DNA of 64,000 nucleotides, taken from IMG/VR virus record IMGVR_UViG_3300025133_005514, positions 9,075-73,074 of that record. One strand, written 5' to 3'. This DNA is from a virus. How positions within the stretch are numbered: the first letter of the stretch is position 1; each line of letters opens with the position of its first letter. Below are positions 1 to 7,920 of this stretch, piece by piece. Under the pieces are notes generated by a model that saw only the letters and a list, made by a program, of their open reading frames with translations, had not been told where the DNA came from and ran no database searches. The translations under genes and the position numbers were made by a program.

Positions 1-943
1 CTTCGCTCGCTGCCCAGACGCCTTCTTCGGCCTGTCGTTGGCGGCTCAGGTCATGCCCATCGCGGAGTGGGTCCAAGAGCTCGTCGTCAACGGCGTCGCT
101 GGCCTGAAGGCTGCGATGAACCTGAAGACGCTCTATAACCCCGACAAGCTCGGGGAGAACGGGAAGGCGCTGCTCGCGGCCCCCTACCCGTCGATGGTCC
201 CTATCAAGGACAAGCTCGGGGTCGGCAACGCTGTCGCCAACCTGGTGATGCCGGCGTTCCCCCAGGAGTTCCAGGGCACCCTGGGCCTGCTCAACGCGCT
301 CATCTCGCGCGTCTCTGGCAGCGATGAGGTGGTGCAGGGCGGTCGCTCAAGCGCGGGCTCCGCGACCGAGGTGGCGTTCCGCGCGTCGGTGCTGCAAGGG
401 CGCAGCCAGTACAACCTGAAGACGTTTGAGGGCTTCCTTCAGCGCGCGTTGCGGAAGGTACTGCAGATCATGCAGCAGTACTTCGAGTCCGAGCGTTGGG
501 TCCGCATCACCGGCGACGAGACGCCTGTCGCCTTCACCCGCTCTGACATCCGAGGCGAGTTCGACGTCGGCGTCCACGCTGGCAGCACGCGCCCGCGCAC
601 ACCGCAGGACGAGCGCCAGGCAGTCATCGGCTTCTTGGAGTACCTCGGCACTGCCGCGAACGCGATGCAGATGGCTGGCGTGCCGCCCGAGGTTATGGCT
701 TCAGTGTTCGGTAAGGTCGCTGACATCTGGGACCAGAACCTGCCCGCCCTCGTGGACTCATTCGCCTCGATGGCGAGCGGAGCTGTGGCGAGCGCCGCTC
801 CTCCTGGGATGGCGGGTCCACCTCCTGGCGATGTCGCCTCTGGATCAGCGGTTGGTCCCGGTGGCGAGTCGCTGAACGTCCCCGCCGCCGGCCGCCTGCA
901 GGCTGTCGCTCGGGAGGGCGGTCTTCCCCCAGGGGCTGTGTAG
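1..943 (+). CDS. Portal protein, C-terminal part (phage B), 5'-truncated
   Basis: Frame open from position 2. Motifs 'SGSDEVVQGG..SATEVA' and 'MQQYFESERWVRITG..GEFDVGVHAGST' match the portal at 31769-33706 ('SGVDVYQRGG..TATEVS', 'QYWDEPRHMRVIG..YDVNIEAGS') and P22/podoviral-type portals. Pro/Gly-rich tail. Confidence 0.85.
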   Translation, partial: FARCPDAFFGLSLAAQVMPIAEWVQELVVNGVAGLKAAMNLKTLYNPDKLGENGKALLAAPYPSMVPIKDKLGVGNAVANLVMPAFPQEFQGTLGLLNALISRVSGSDEVVQGGRSSAGSATEVAFRASVLQGRSQYNLKTFEGFLQRALRKVLQIMQQYFESERWVRITGDETPVAFTRSDIRGEFDVGVHAGSTRPRTPQDERQAVIGFLEYLGTAANAMQMAGVPPEVMASVFGKVADIWDQNLPALVDSFASMASGAVASAAPPGMAGPPPGDVASGSAVGPGGESLNVPAAGRLQAVAREGGLPPGAV

Positions 944-1774
944 GTGGCGAAGCCGCACATCGAGATTGGTGAGCTCCGCAAGTCTGGCCCCGTCGAGGTC
1001 GTGGCTGGGCGACTCTCCCAGTTGTGGCAGACACTGACCGGGGACGGGGTGAACATCAAGTCCACGGACTCGTCCCTTCCGTCGGGCGCGCTTCAGGTCT
1101 GGAAGTTCGGCCACAACGCGGCGGTGGGCACCTCCTACGAGACGATTTGGATCGTCGGCGGTCTCTACCCCTGGGGGTCGTGGAAGGCGTGGGATGACGC
1201 AACCGGCTCGGTCGTGACACTCAAGTCTACCGACGCTGCGGACACCTCCGTCGAGGTCGCGTGGGAGGGGCTCGGCGCCGACGGTGAGCTTGTCTCGGGA
1301 ACGACGACGACGGACGCTGTGGACGGGACCACGGGCGTAGCGGTCGCCACCAACCTCAACCGACTACATCGCGCGTATCGAGTCACCGCCGGCACATCGA
1401 CAGGCTCGCTCCAGCTCACAGTGGGTGGCACCGTCATCGCGCAGATTGAAACCGACCTCGCGGCGACCCAGTTGGGTCTGTACACCGTCCCGGCCGGGTA
1501 CACCGCCTACCTCCAGAGTCTGGACATCGCCGTGGACGACAACAGCGACGGACTCATCCAGTTGATGACTCGACCTGACGGGGACGCTTTCTACTCGCGC
1601 AGCGGGGGGCTTATGGTCAGCGGGGCGACGAGGATCAGCTACGCCAGCAGCGGATGGTCCTCGGGTCTTCCCTTTGTGGAAGGTACGGACATCGACGTGC
1701 GCGGGGTAAAGGTGTCCGGTGGCGGATCGCCCTTGATGTCGGTCAACTTCCACCTGGTATTGGATTCAGACTGA
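944..1774 (+). CDS. Conserved phage protein 'X' (left copy), beta-rich, probably virion-associated
   Basis: 276-aa ORF directly after the portal stop. 'KFGHNAAVGTSYETIW..GGLYPW' resembles a widespread uncharacterised phage protein motif. Core is duplicated at 59174-59992. Confidence 0.7.
   Translation: MAKPHIEIGELRKSGPVEVVAGRLSQLWQTLTGDGVNIKSTDSSLPSGALQVWKFGHNAAVGTSYETIWIVGGLYPWGSWKAWDDATGSVVTLKSTDAADTSVEVAWEGLGADGELVSGTTTTDAVDGTTGVAVATNLNRLHRAYRVTAGTSTGSLQLTVGGTVIAQIETDLAATQLGLYTVPAGYTAYLQSLDIAVDDNSDGLIQLMTRPDGDAFYSRSGGLMVSGATRISYASSGWSSGLPFVEGTDIDVRGVKVSGGGSPLMSVNFHLVLDSD
1087..1755 (+). repeat. 669-bp direct repeat, left copy
   Basis: Compared base by base with 59305-59973 (offset 58218). 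Three mismatches seen (1162 T/G, 1164 T/C, 1219 A/G). 1220-1755 is identical. Confidence 0.97.
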
Positions 1775-2088
1775 TGAACATCGACCCCAACAAAATCCTT
1801 CACGGAGCCATGGCTGCCGTGGTCGGCATCACCATCTCCTTCGTGTGGGAGGCGAACTCCCGGCTCGCCATCCTGGAGGATGACGTGGACGAGATGCTCG
1901 GCGTGGTGGAAGACCTCCACCCCCGGGGCACAGCTGCCCGTGGCGGGCCCCTCGCTCTCTTCCCCTTCGGCGGTAAGGACGACAGGTCCGAAGCCCGTCA
2001 GGAGCGGATGGAGGCCCTCAAGGAGAGAGCCCCGGTGGCTGACGATGACGACTCCGGGGATGATGACGACAGCGGAGGTTCGGAGTGA
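1774..2088 (+). CDS. Small membrane protein with coiled coil and acidic DDDDSG tail
   Basis: ATG overlaps upstream TGA (TGATG). One hydrophobic helix (AMAAVVGITISFVW). C-terminal DDDDSGDDDDSG. Confidence 0.65.
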   Translation: MNIDPNKILHGAMAAVVGITISFVWEANSRLAILEDDVDEMLGVVEDLHPRGTAARGGPLALFPFGGKDDRSEARQERMEALKERAPVADDDDSGDDDDSGGSE

Positions 2089-2456
2089 CTGACTACACCC
2101 TCATCGTGGCCATCGGCTGCGTCATTGCCGTTGCCAGTTACGGCCTGGTAGGGCAGCTGCTCAAGCCGATGCTTCGGCTGTGGGCCCGCATGAAGGCGCG
2201 CAAGGCTGGGCGAAAGCTCTACCCGGAGGAGGTGGAGTTGTTCAAGATCATGACCCAGAGCGGTGCCGTAGTTAGCGGCGGGCTCATGGGTGCTGGGCCC
2301 ATCTGGCCGGAGATGATTCCCTGGGCGATGGGTCCCTTGCTAGGGCTGGCCTTCGGCTCCCTCGCCATACCGCTCCACTCGGCTGTGAAGAAGGCGCTGC
2401 CCGAGAAGGTGGCCTCAGTCATCAGTGGCAAGAGCCCCAGAAAGTTGGACCTGTGA
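2085..2456 (+). CDS. Membrane protein, holin-like
   Basis: 123 aa, 2-3 hydrophobic segments, basic C-terminus, lysis-cassette context. Confidence 0.5.
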   Translation: MTDYTLIVAIGCVIAVASYGLVGQLLKPMLRLWARMKARKAGRKLYPEEVELFKIMTQSGAVVSGGLMGAGPIWPEMIPWAMGPLLGLAFGSLAIPLHSAVKKALPEKVASVISGKSPRKLDL

Positions 2457-2773
2457 GCCCCGATCCAATCAAGTCAGCCACCCCCTGGATGCTGGCCCTG
2501 CTGGTGGCCTGTGTCGGAATCGGGGTCGGCGTCACCTTGTTCATCCTGGGGCGTCAGGCTGAGGCTGTGGGTGCTGGCGCTGTGACGGTTGCTGCTGCTG
2601 CAAAGACCGTCCGCAAGACCAAGCGCTCCGCGAAGCAGCGGGACAAGGAGGAGCGGGCCGAGGTTGTGGACCTGCAAGAGCGGCTCGATAGCTCCAGCGC
2701 CAACGCGGACCTGGAAGCCATGCAGGAGAAGCTGAGGGCTAGGCGGGAAGGGGGCGACGATGGCGCTGCGTAG
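2453..2773 (+). CDS. Inner-membrane-anchored coiled-coil protein (i-spanin-like)
   Basis: N-terminal TM helix followed by a charged helical region. Overlaps the downstream lipoprotein gene. Confidence 0.5.
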   Translation: MSPDPIKSATPWMLALLVACVGIGVGVTLFILGRQAEAVGAGAVTVAAAAKTVRKTKRSAKQRDKEERAEVVDLQERLDSSSANADLEAMQEKLRARREGGDDGAA

Positions 2774-3194
2774 CTTGCTGCTGGTGCTGCTGCTCTGCTC
2801 GGGGTGCGGGCACGTCGCTCACAAGGGCCCCATCTGGAGCGCCGACTTCGCACGAGTCGATGTGCCCGAGGTCCCGGCTGTGCCGGAGGATGCTCCCGAG
2901 CCTGAGATCATGATGGAGGGCAGGGAGGCTCCCTTCACAGGGATGCTGCTGTCCCCGGAGGAGTTGGACTCCCTGCTCGTGGCTGCTGAGCAGCGTGAGG
3001 TTGTTGTCGAGGCTCTCGACCTGTCTTACCGGGGCAGAGCCCTGGACAGGGAGGAGGCTGAGGCGATCGTTGCCGCCCGGGAGCTACAGCTAGCCGAGGC
3101 TCGCAAGACCCAGGGCAGGATGTTTGCCGTAGGGATGGGGGCTGGCATTGCCGGCACCATGGCGGCGGTGCTGGCTATCGTTCTGGCGAAGTGA
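2760..3194 (+). CDS. Lipoprotein with C-terminal TM helix (spanin-like)
   Basis: Signal peptide with lipobox-like 'LLLCSGC', Pro-rich linker, C-terminal hydrophobic helix MFAVGMGAGIAGTMAAVLAIVLAK. Confidence 0.6.
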   Translation: MALRSLLLVLLLCSGCGHVAHKGPIWSADFARVDVPEVPAVPEDAPEPEIMMEGREAPFTGMLLSPEELDSLLVAAEQREVVVEALDLSYRGRALDREEAEAIVAARELQLAEARKTQGRMFAVGMGAGIAGTMAAVLAIVLAK

Positions 3195-3382
3195 CCGACA
3201 AGGACTTCCGCTGCTGGCTCGGCTCCGGCCTGTACCTGCTGCTCATGGTCTCGGTCGTGGTGTTCCTGACCCAGGTCCAGATCCCCCCGGAGAACCGCGA
3301 CATCATCGTGACGGTGATTGGCGTGATGGCCGGAGGGGTTGGGGCTGCGGTCAGCCGGTTTGTGGGTCGGAGGCAGGAGTAG
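3191..3382 (+). CDS. Small two-TM protein (holin-like)
   Basis: Two hydrophobic helices linked by 'IPPENRD'. GTGA overlap with upstream gene. Confidence 0.55.
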   Translation: MTDKDFRCWLGSGLYLLLMVSVVVFLTQVQIPPENRDIIVTVIGVMAGGVGAAVSRFVGRRQE

Positions 3383-3641
3383 GGGGCAGCCGGCTAAGGC
3401 CCAGTACCTGGACCTCCTTGTCCGTCAGCTTGGAGAGCGCTGTCTCTCGGATGACGTGGTCGTCGGCGTAGTCGGGGCACATGAATACCGCCTCGGTCAG
3501 GCATTTGTGACAGGCAGCCAACTCGGAAGGCCCTCGCTCACCGAGCCCCACGAGGGGGACTCCGGTGATCCCGCACATTCCGCACTCCGTCACCCTTGCG
3601 AGATAGAGCCTGATGTCGGGCTTGTGGGGTCGTCGTCTCAT
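3351..3641 (-). CDS. Hypothetical Zn-binding protein
   Basis: CxxC...CxxC pairs (CGMC, CHKC). Start uncertain. Confidence 0.45.
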   Translation of the reverse strand: MRRRPHKPDIRLYLARVTECGMCGITGVPLVGLGERGPSELAACHKCLTEAVFMCPDYADDHVIRETALSKLTDKEVQVLGLSRLPPTPASDPQTG

Positions 3642-3725
3642 ATCAGCCCACCCAAACGTAGCCCTGGGAGGGCACGTCCTCTGCTCGGTCCATCCATGAA
3701 ACGTGTCCACACCATCTCAAACCTC

Positions 3726-3920
3726 CTACGACCAAACGCGGTCGCCGCTGTACTTGTACAAACCTTCCTTCGGCTTGCTCGATCTGCGTAACCACTCTTC
3801 AAATCCACAAGCACACCGCCGCCTCCACCATGGAGGGGCGATGGCTGTCTCGGGGTCGTAGTCTCCGAACCGCTCCCAAGCTGTATAGCGGTGCTTGGTT
3901 CCGCTAAACCTGCATGTCAC
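3726..3920 (-). CDS. Small Cys-containing hypothetical protein
   Basis: GTG overlaps the HNH gene stop. 'RRCACG' motif. Confidence 0.4.
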   Translation of the reverse strand: MTCRFSGTKHRYTAWERFGDYDPETAIAPPWWRRRCACGFEEWLRRSSKPKEGLYKYSGDRVWS

Positions 3921-4474
3921 GGGATGTTCTTCCAGGTCTTCCGAACAACCACGGCCCAAATGTTGGAAGCAGAAACCCCGAAGCCCCGAGCTAGGTCGGC
4001 CCTGCTCGCCCCCAACGCTGAAAGCCTTCGAATCGTTCTGACGTCCTTTACAGAGAGCTTGGCCCTGTGGTGCCGACGGCCGCTAGCCTCGCGACCATGC
4101 TTGGTCCGGTCTGCGGCGTTCTCTTTGTGGGTTCCCCACTTAAGGTTGGTGGCGTGGTTGTTGGACGGGTCGCCATCAAGGTGGCGGCAAATCCGTCCAC
4201 CCCTGGCCTCCCCGCTGAACCCCTCCAGGACCAGGTGATGTATCTGCTTGCAGCGCCTTGTCCCACACCTGGACAGGTGGACGCGACCGTACCCCTTGAC
4301 CACGTCAGGCTTCAGTGTCCTCCCATACCTCTTTCGCTTAATTACGGAGCCCCATCGGCCCATGGCCATAACCTCTGAGGTCAGGCTCCTCACTCGTCCG
4401 CATGATGAAACCTCGTAAAGACCAACGTAGCCCTCCACCGGAACCCACTCTTCTGACTTGCAACAATCGGACAC
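3917..4474 (-). CDS. NUMOD4-HNH homing endonuclease with C-terminal HTH
   Basis: 'EEWVPVEGYVGLYEVSSCGRVRS' (NUMOD4), 'IHHLVLEGF..CRHLDGDPSNNHATNLKWGTHKEN' (HNH_3). GGAGG before GTG at 4474. Confidence 0.9.
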   Translation of the reverse strand: MSDCCKSEEWVPVEGYVGLYEVSSCGRVRSLTSEVMAMGRWGSVIKRKRYGRTLKPDVVKGYGRVHLSRCGTRRCKQIHHLVLEGFSGEARGGRICRHLDGDPSNNHATNLKWGTHKENAADRTKHGREASGRRHHRAKLSVKDVRTIRRLSALGASRADLARGFGVSASNIWAVVVRKTWKNIP

Positions 4475-4551
4475 AATCAACCTCCCGCTTCCTCTAAGGT
4501 ACCACATCATTTCAGGACGATTGTGGCACCCTAGTGGAAGCGGCAGGCCAT

Positions 4552-5031
4552 CTAGACGGAGCCCTCGGCTACGGCTTCCTGTGCCTTGACCAGGGCTCGG
4601 GCTGCCGCCCCGGTGAACCGAGGCTCTTGGAAGCCGCCGGCCTTTGTCTTGACGTACATGGGGTGGATAGACTTCACCCACTGGAGCGTCGTCTTCCTCG
4701 CCACGTTGGTCCTCAGTCCAATGTGATCAACCAGGTCCTGCATCGACAGGTTCCACGGAGCGCGCTCGCCGTCCTCCCACACGGTTCCGTCGGGACCGTT
4801 TAGGCCCTGGAGAACCTTGAGACGGAACAACCACTCATCGAGGTTGGCCTCCTCGATAGAGCCCAGGTCTACCGACATGGTCTTCCAGATGAGGAGGTCG
4901 GTGGTCGGGTTCATCCGGGTCCACACGCCCCCCTCACTCTTGAACCACTGGTCCCCCGGCTGCTCGGTTTCTACAGAGGTCTGCCAGACAACGGAGTCGG
5001 GCACGTCGGTCACGTTCCAGTTGAGACTCAT
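4552..5031 (-). CDS. Hypothetical protein
   Basis: Coherent ORF starting MSLNWNV within the minus-strand early operon. Confidence 0.65.
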   Translation of the reverse strand: MSLNWNVTDVPDSVVWQTSVETEQPGDQWFKSEGGVWTRMNPTTDLLIWKTMSVDLGSIEEANLDEWLFRLKVLQGLNGPDGTVWEDGERAPWNLSMQDLVDHIGLRTNVARKTTLQWVKSIHPMYVKTKAGGFQEPRFTGAAARALVKAQEAVAEGSV

Positions 5032-5035
5032 TCCA

Positions 5036-6091
5036 TCACCCAATCTCAAACACCGGCTCGTCCGACACCGGCTCACGCTTCTTCGGCCTGCTGCTCAGTC
5101 GGACCTTGCCGGTCTTGCTCTCGATGGACAGGGCGTCAATCTGCCACTCCCTCATCCAGGCCAGCACCAGACCGACCTCGTCCTTGAGGTAATCCATGCT
5201 GGACTCGTCCCGCTTCACCCGAGGCTTGGGCTGGGGCTTCAGGATGACCTGAGGCTCAGGCGGCAGGGGCAGCGGCCGAGACTTCATCTTGCCCACAGCC
5301 TCGTCAACCACCTTCGCCGCATCGAGTTCAGGAAGCGCCTTCTCTGGCTCCTGGGCGGGCTCCGGCTCCGAGGGCGGGGCCATACCCAGCTTGTGAGCTT
5401 CCGGCGTCACAGAGCCGTTCAGGCGGGCTCGGATATCAGCAACCCTTTCCGTCGCATCAGACAAGAGGACAGTCATCCTGTCCCAGGCCATGACACCTCG
5501 GGGCATCGGCATGGGCTCCACCGGGACCCTCGTGACCCTGGGTCCGACGTAGTTGGCGGGGTAGGTAGTGGAGCTACCCCCACGAGGGAGACCTCCCAGG
5601 CCCTGAGCCCTACGGCGGCGAGCCACCTGTCGGTTGATGCGCTTCGTGTCGGAAACCAGTCCGAAAGACTCGGCCGCCGAAGCAATGTCCCTTGACGTCG
5701 CATCGGGCCACGCATCCAGAGCGCCCTCAACCCACTCGGTCCAGCAGCGAAACAGCTGGGGCGGAGGGACTCGGGAGCCGGGAACGATGGCCCCGTGCTC
5801 AGCAAGCTCCTCAACCAAGGAGGCGGCACCCACAGACCGAACCAGAGTGTGGGCCTCCTTGTCGGACCTCCACCAGTCGTTGCAGACGTCGGTAGCCCGG
5901 TGGCTCGCAGCCCGAGGCACAACGACCACCACTCGGGCCCTCTTGGGGATGCGAGTCCTCTCGTTGGGGAAGACCTGTGTGGGGTTGAAGCCAAGCTCTT
6001 TGAGCCTGTTCATGTGGGACCTGCCGTACCGCTCCTTCGCAACCACGAAGATGGAGTCCGCAGGGACTGCTCTATACATTTGCTCTCGCAC
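5036..6091 (-). CDS. Hypothetical protein, N-terminal DUF2325-like alpha/beta domain
   Basis: 'ARVVVVVPRAASHRATD' resembles DUF2325. AAGGAG RBS upstream. Pro-rich linker. Confidence 0.6.
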   Translation of the reverse strand: MREQMYRAVPADSIFVVAKERYGRSHMNRLKELGFNPTQVFPNERTRIPKRARVVVVVPRAASHRATDVCNDWWRSDKEAHTLVRSVGAASLVEELAEHGAIVPGSRVPPPQLFRCWTEWVEGALDAWPDATSRDIASAAESFGLVSDTKRINRQVARRRRAQGLGGLPRGGSSTTYPANYVGPRVTRVPVEPMPMPRGVMAWDRMTVLLSDATERVADIRARLNGSVTPEAHKLGMAPPSEPEPAQEPEKALPELDAAKVVDEAVGKMKSRPLPLPPEPQVILKPQPKPRVKRDESSMDYLKDEVGLVLAWMREWQIDALSIESKTGKVRLSSRPKKREPVSDEPVFEIG

Positions 6092-6233
6092 TTTTCACTC
6101 CTTCGGTTAGCCCGGATTGACCCCCTTCAAGGCAGGGGGCCCATTCACCTTCCAGATAGGCATAGCCACTGAGGCCGTTACGAATGTCCCAACCACGGGG
6201 ACGGCTTACGGTGGGCTTAAGGATTCCCCGTGG

Positions 6234-6560
6234 CTACTTCGGAACCCCTTCGTCTGTGTACCTCCTTGTAAAATTCTCCCCAACGTCGGCGACGTAGGCC
6301 CATGCCGCCATCTTCGTCACCGCGTCGCTGAAGGACGTGAACTCCACACCCCCCATCTCTTCGAAGACCTCCGACTCGTTCGTCGTCCACATCAGCATCT
6401 TGTGAGCGGCGTGGGTGTAGATGACCCAATAGGAGCCGTCTGTGACCTCGTGTATGGCGTCGTAGGGGTCTGTCCCATGGTCGGAGACCATCTCCGCAGC
6501 TTCGTCAGCGTCAGTGGCGACTGAGGCCCAGTAGGACTGGGCGGTGTCTTTGTTCTCCAT
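6234..6560 (-). CDS. Acidic Ocr-like protein (candidate DNA mimic / anti-restriction)
   Basis: 108 aa, acidic. 'DPYDAIHEVTDGSYWVIYT' recalls T7 Ocr 'DLHDAIHMAADNAVPHYY'. Confidence 0.5.
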   Translation of the reverse strand: MENKDTAQSYWASVATDADEAAEMVSDHGTDPYDAIHEVTDGSYWVIYTHAAHKMLMWTTNESEVFEEMGGVEFTSFSDAVTKMAAWAYVADVGENFTRRYTDEGVPK

Positions 6561-6636
6561 GCCTACCTGCTGTGACTCTTGATGGTGGACCGCACCTCGG
6601 CAATGCGGTCTTGGATTTGCTGATTGATGTTCATCT

Positions 6637-7005
6637 CTACTCCTCGTTCATCACTACGAAGCTCCAGAACTCGTCATCGACGACGTAGTTGTGGACGACG
6701 ACCTCGCCGCTGCCGAAGTTGATCCCAACGGTTATGCCCTGGTCTTCGTAATAGTTGATCGACTCGATGACCCCCTCGGTTCCCACGGGGAGGCTCTGAG
6801 GAAGGCCGTCAGGCCCGTCGTCCTCGACAGCCTCCAGGGAGACAACCCTTGCCCCAACCTTGGGCATCCTACGGTTGGCAAGCAGGAGCAAGGACTCCTC
6901 AAGCAGTTCGCAGAGCGTGTCAGGGTCACCAATGGGGGGGAGGGGGTTGTTAGCGTCCCCACCACCAAAGGCGAGAAACTCAGCGGCCTTTCTCAGGAAG
7001 CTCAT
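6637..7005 (-). CDS. Acidic hypothetical protein
   Basis: TAATG coupling to upstream gene. SH3-like 'GTEGVIESI' segment. Confidence 0.65.
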   Translation of the reverse strand: MSFLRKAAEFLAFGGGDANNPLPPIGDPDTLCELLEESLLLLANRRMPKVGARVVSLEAVEDDGPDGLPQSLPVGTEGVIESINYYEDQGITVGINFGSGEVVVHNYVVDDEFWSFVVMNEE

Positions 7006-7406
7006 TACTCGCCCCCCTCGTTCATCAGGCTCAGGAAGTTCCGAGCAAGGTCCGCCAGCTTCTTGTCCGTGGCGATTCGGCCGACAAGCTTGCCGGTCTC
7101 CCCCTCCTCGTACAGTTCCTTGAGCAGCTTGATGGTGTCGTCGTCGGGCCCGATCGCTCCATACTCTCGGAGGGCGGTTATGACCGAGAGCACGGAGTCC
7201 TCAAGTAAGTAGCCCAAGAGTTCGACGAACTCGTCGGAGTCCATCTCGGCAGCAATCGTCGCAACCGACACGTCCACCGAGTTGACGGTGATGTAATCGG
7301 TGTCGTAGGTGGCGGTTACCGTGTTGTATTCGCCGAAGCAGGTGACCTCGATTTCGACGTCGTCGGCTTCCAGGTCCACGGACTCAAGGTCGTTGAAGGT
7401 GGGCAT
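7005..7406 (-). CDS. Highly acidic hypothetical protein
   Basis: AGGAG RBS. Very D/E-rich, 133 aa. Confidence 0.7.
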   Translation of the reverse strand: MPTFNDLESVDLEADDVEIEVTCFGEYNTVTATYDTDYITVNSVDVSVATIAAEMDSDEFVELLGYLLEDSVLSVITALREYGAIGPDDDTIKLLKELYEEGETGKLVGRIATDKKLADLARNFLSLMNEGGE

Positions 7407-7415
7407 CTCTATCTC

Positions 7416-7718
7416 CTATGCGTCGTGCTGTTCGTCGGGGCCGAGGCTGGATTGCCCTTCCCACACAGTCACGCTGTTGACGAAGACCTCCTGGCTCACG
7501 TCCATCCAGACACTCTCAGGAGAGTTCGTCTTGGGGAGCTTCACAAGCCAGTGGGTCCTCAGTACTCCGGGGGCAATCACAAGACTGAAGGTCAAGAGAT
7601 GGTTCCCGGAAAGGTCGAGCTTCCTTAGTAGGTCGGGGACTCTTAGAGCGCGGTCGCGTCCAGTTGAATCCCTCGCCATCAGCAGAAGCCCTTTCGTGTT
7701 CGTAATCGTCGCCCTCAT
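7416..7718 (-). CDS. Hypothetical protein, first gene of leftward early operon
   Basis: AAAGGA RBS. Lies just downstream of the promoter at 7745-7773. Confidence 0.6.
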   Translation of the reverse strand: MRATITNTKGLLLMARDSTGRDRALRVPDLLRKLDLSGNHLLTFSLVIAPGVLRTHWLVKLPKTNSPESVWMDVSQEVFVNSVTVWEGQSSLGPDEQHDA

Positions 7719-7744
7719 TGCCGGGCCGTCCTTTCGCTGCAACT

Positions 7745-7773
7745 AGCCTAAGCCCCGGCGTTCCGAGTGTCAA
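7745..7773 (-). promoter_or_regulatory. Sigma70-type promoter driving leftward early operon
   Basis: Minus strand TTGACA-17 nt-TAGGCT. Confidence 0.8.
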
Positions 7774-7920
7774 CCGGGAAGTTTAACTTTGTGCAAAAGC
7801 CGAGGAGTTTCGGGGGGTTGGCGGCTCGCCCGTGTACGCGACTTCCGCGAGGCGCATGTGCATATGCGTGCCTTCGCGTAGGCGCGTCGTGCCCGTGAGC
7901 GCGAGGCGATAGCCCCCCTT

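Noticed and set aside
1087-1755. Template/variable repeat pair of a diversity-generating retroelement
   Set aside because: Only three mismatches, not a consistent adenine-specific pattern on one strand, and no reverse transcriptase gene.
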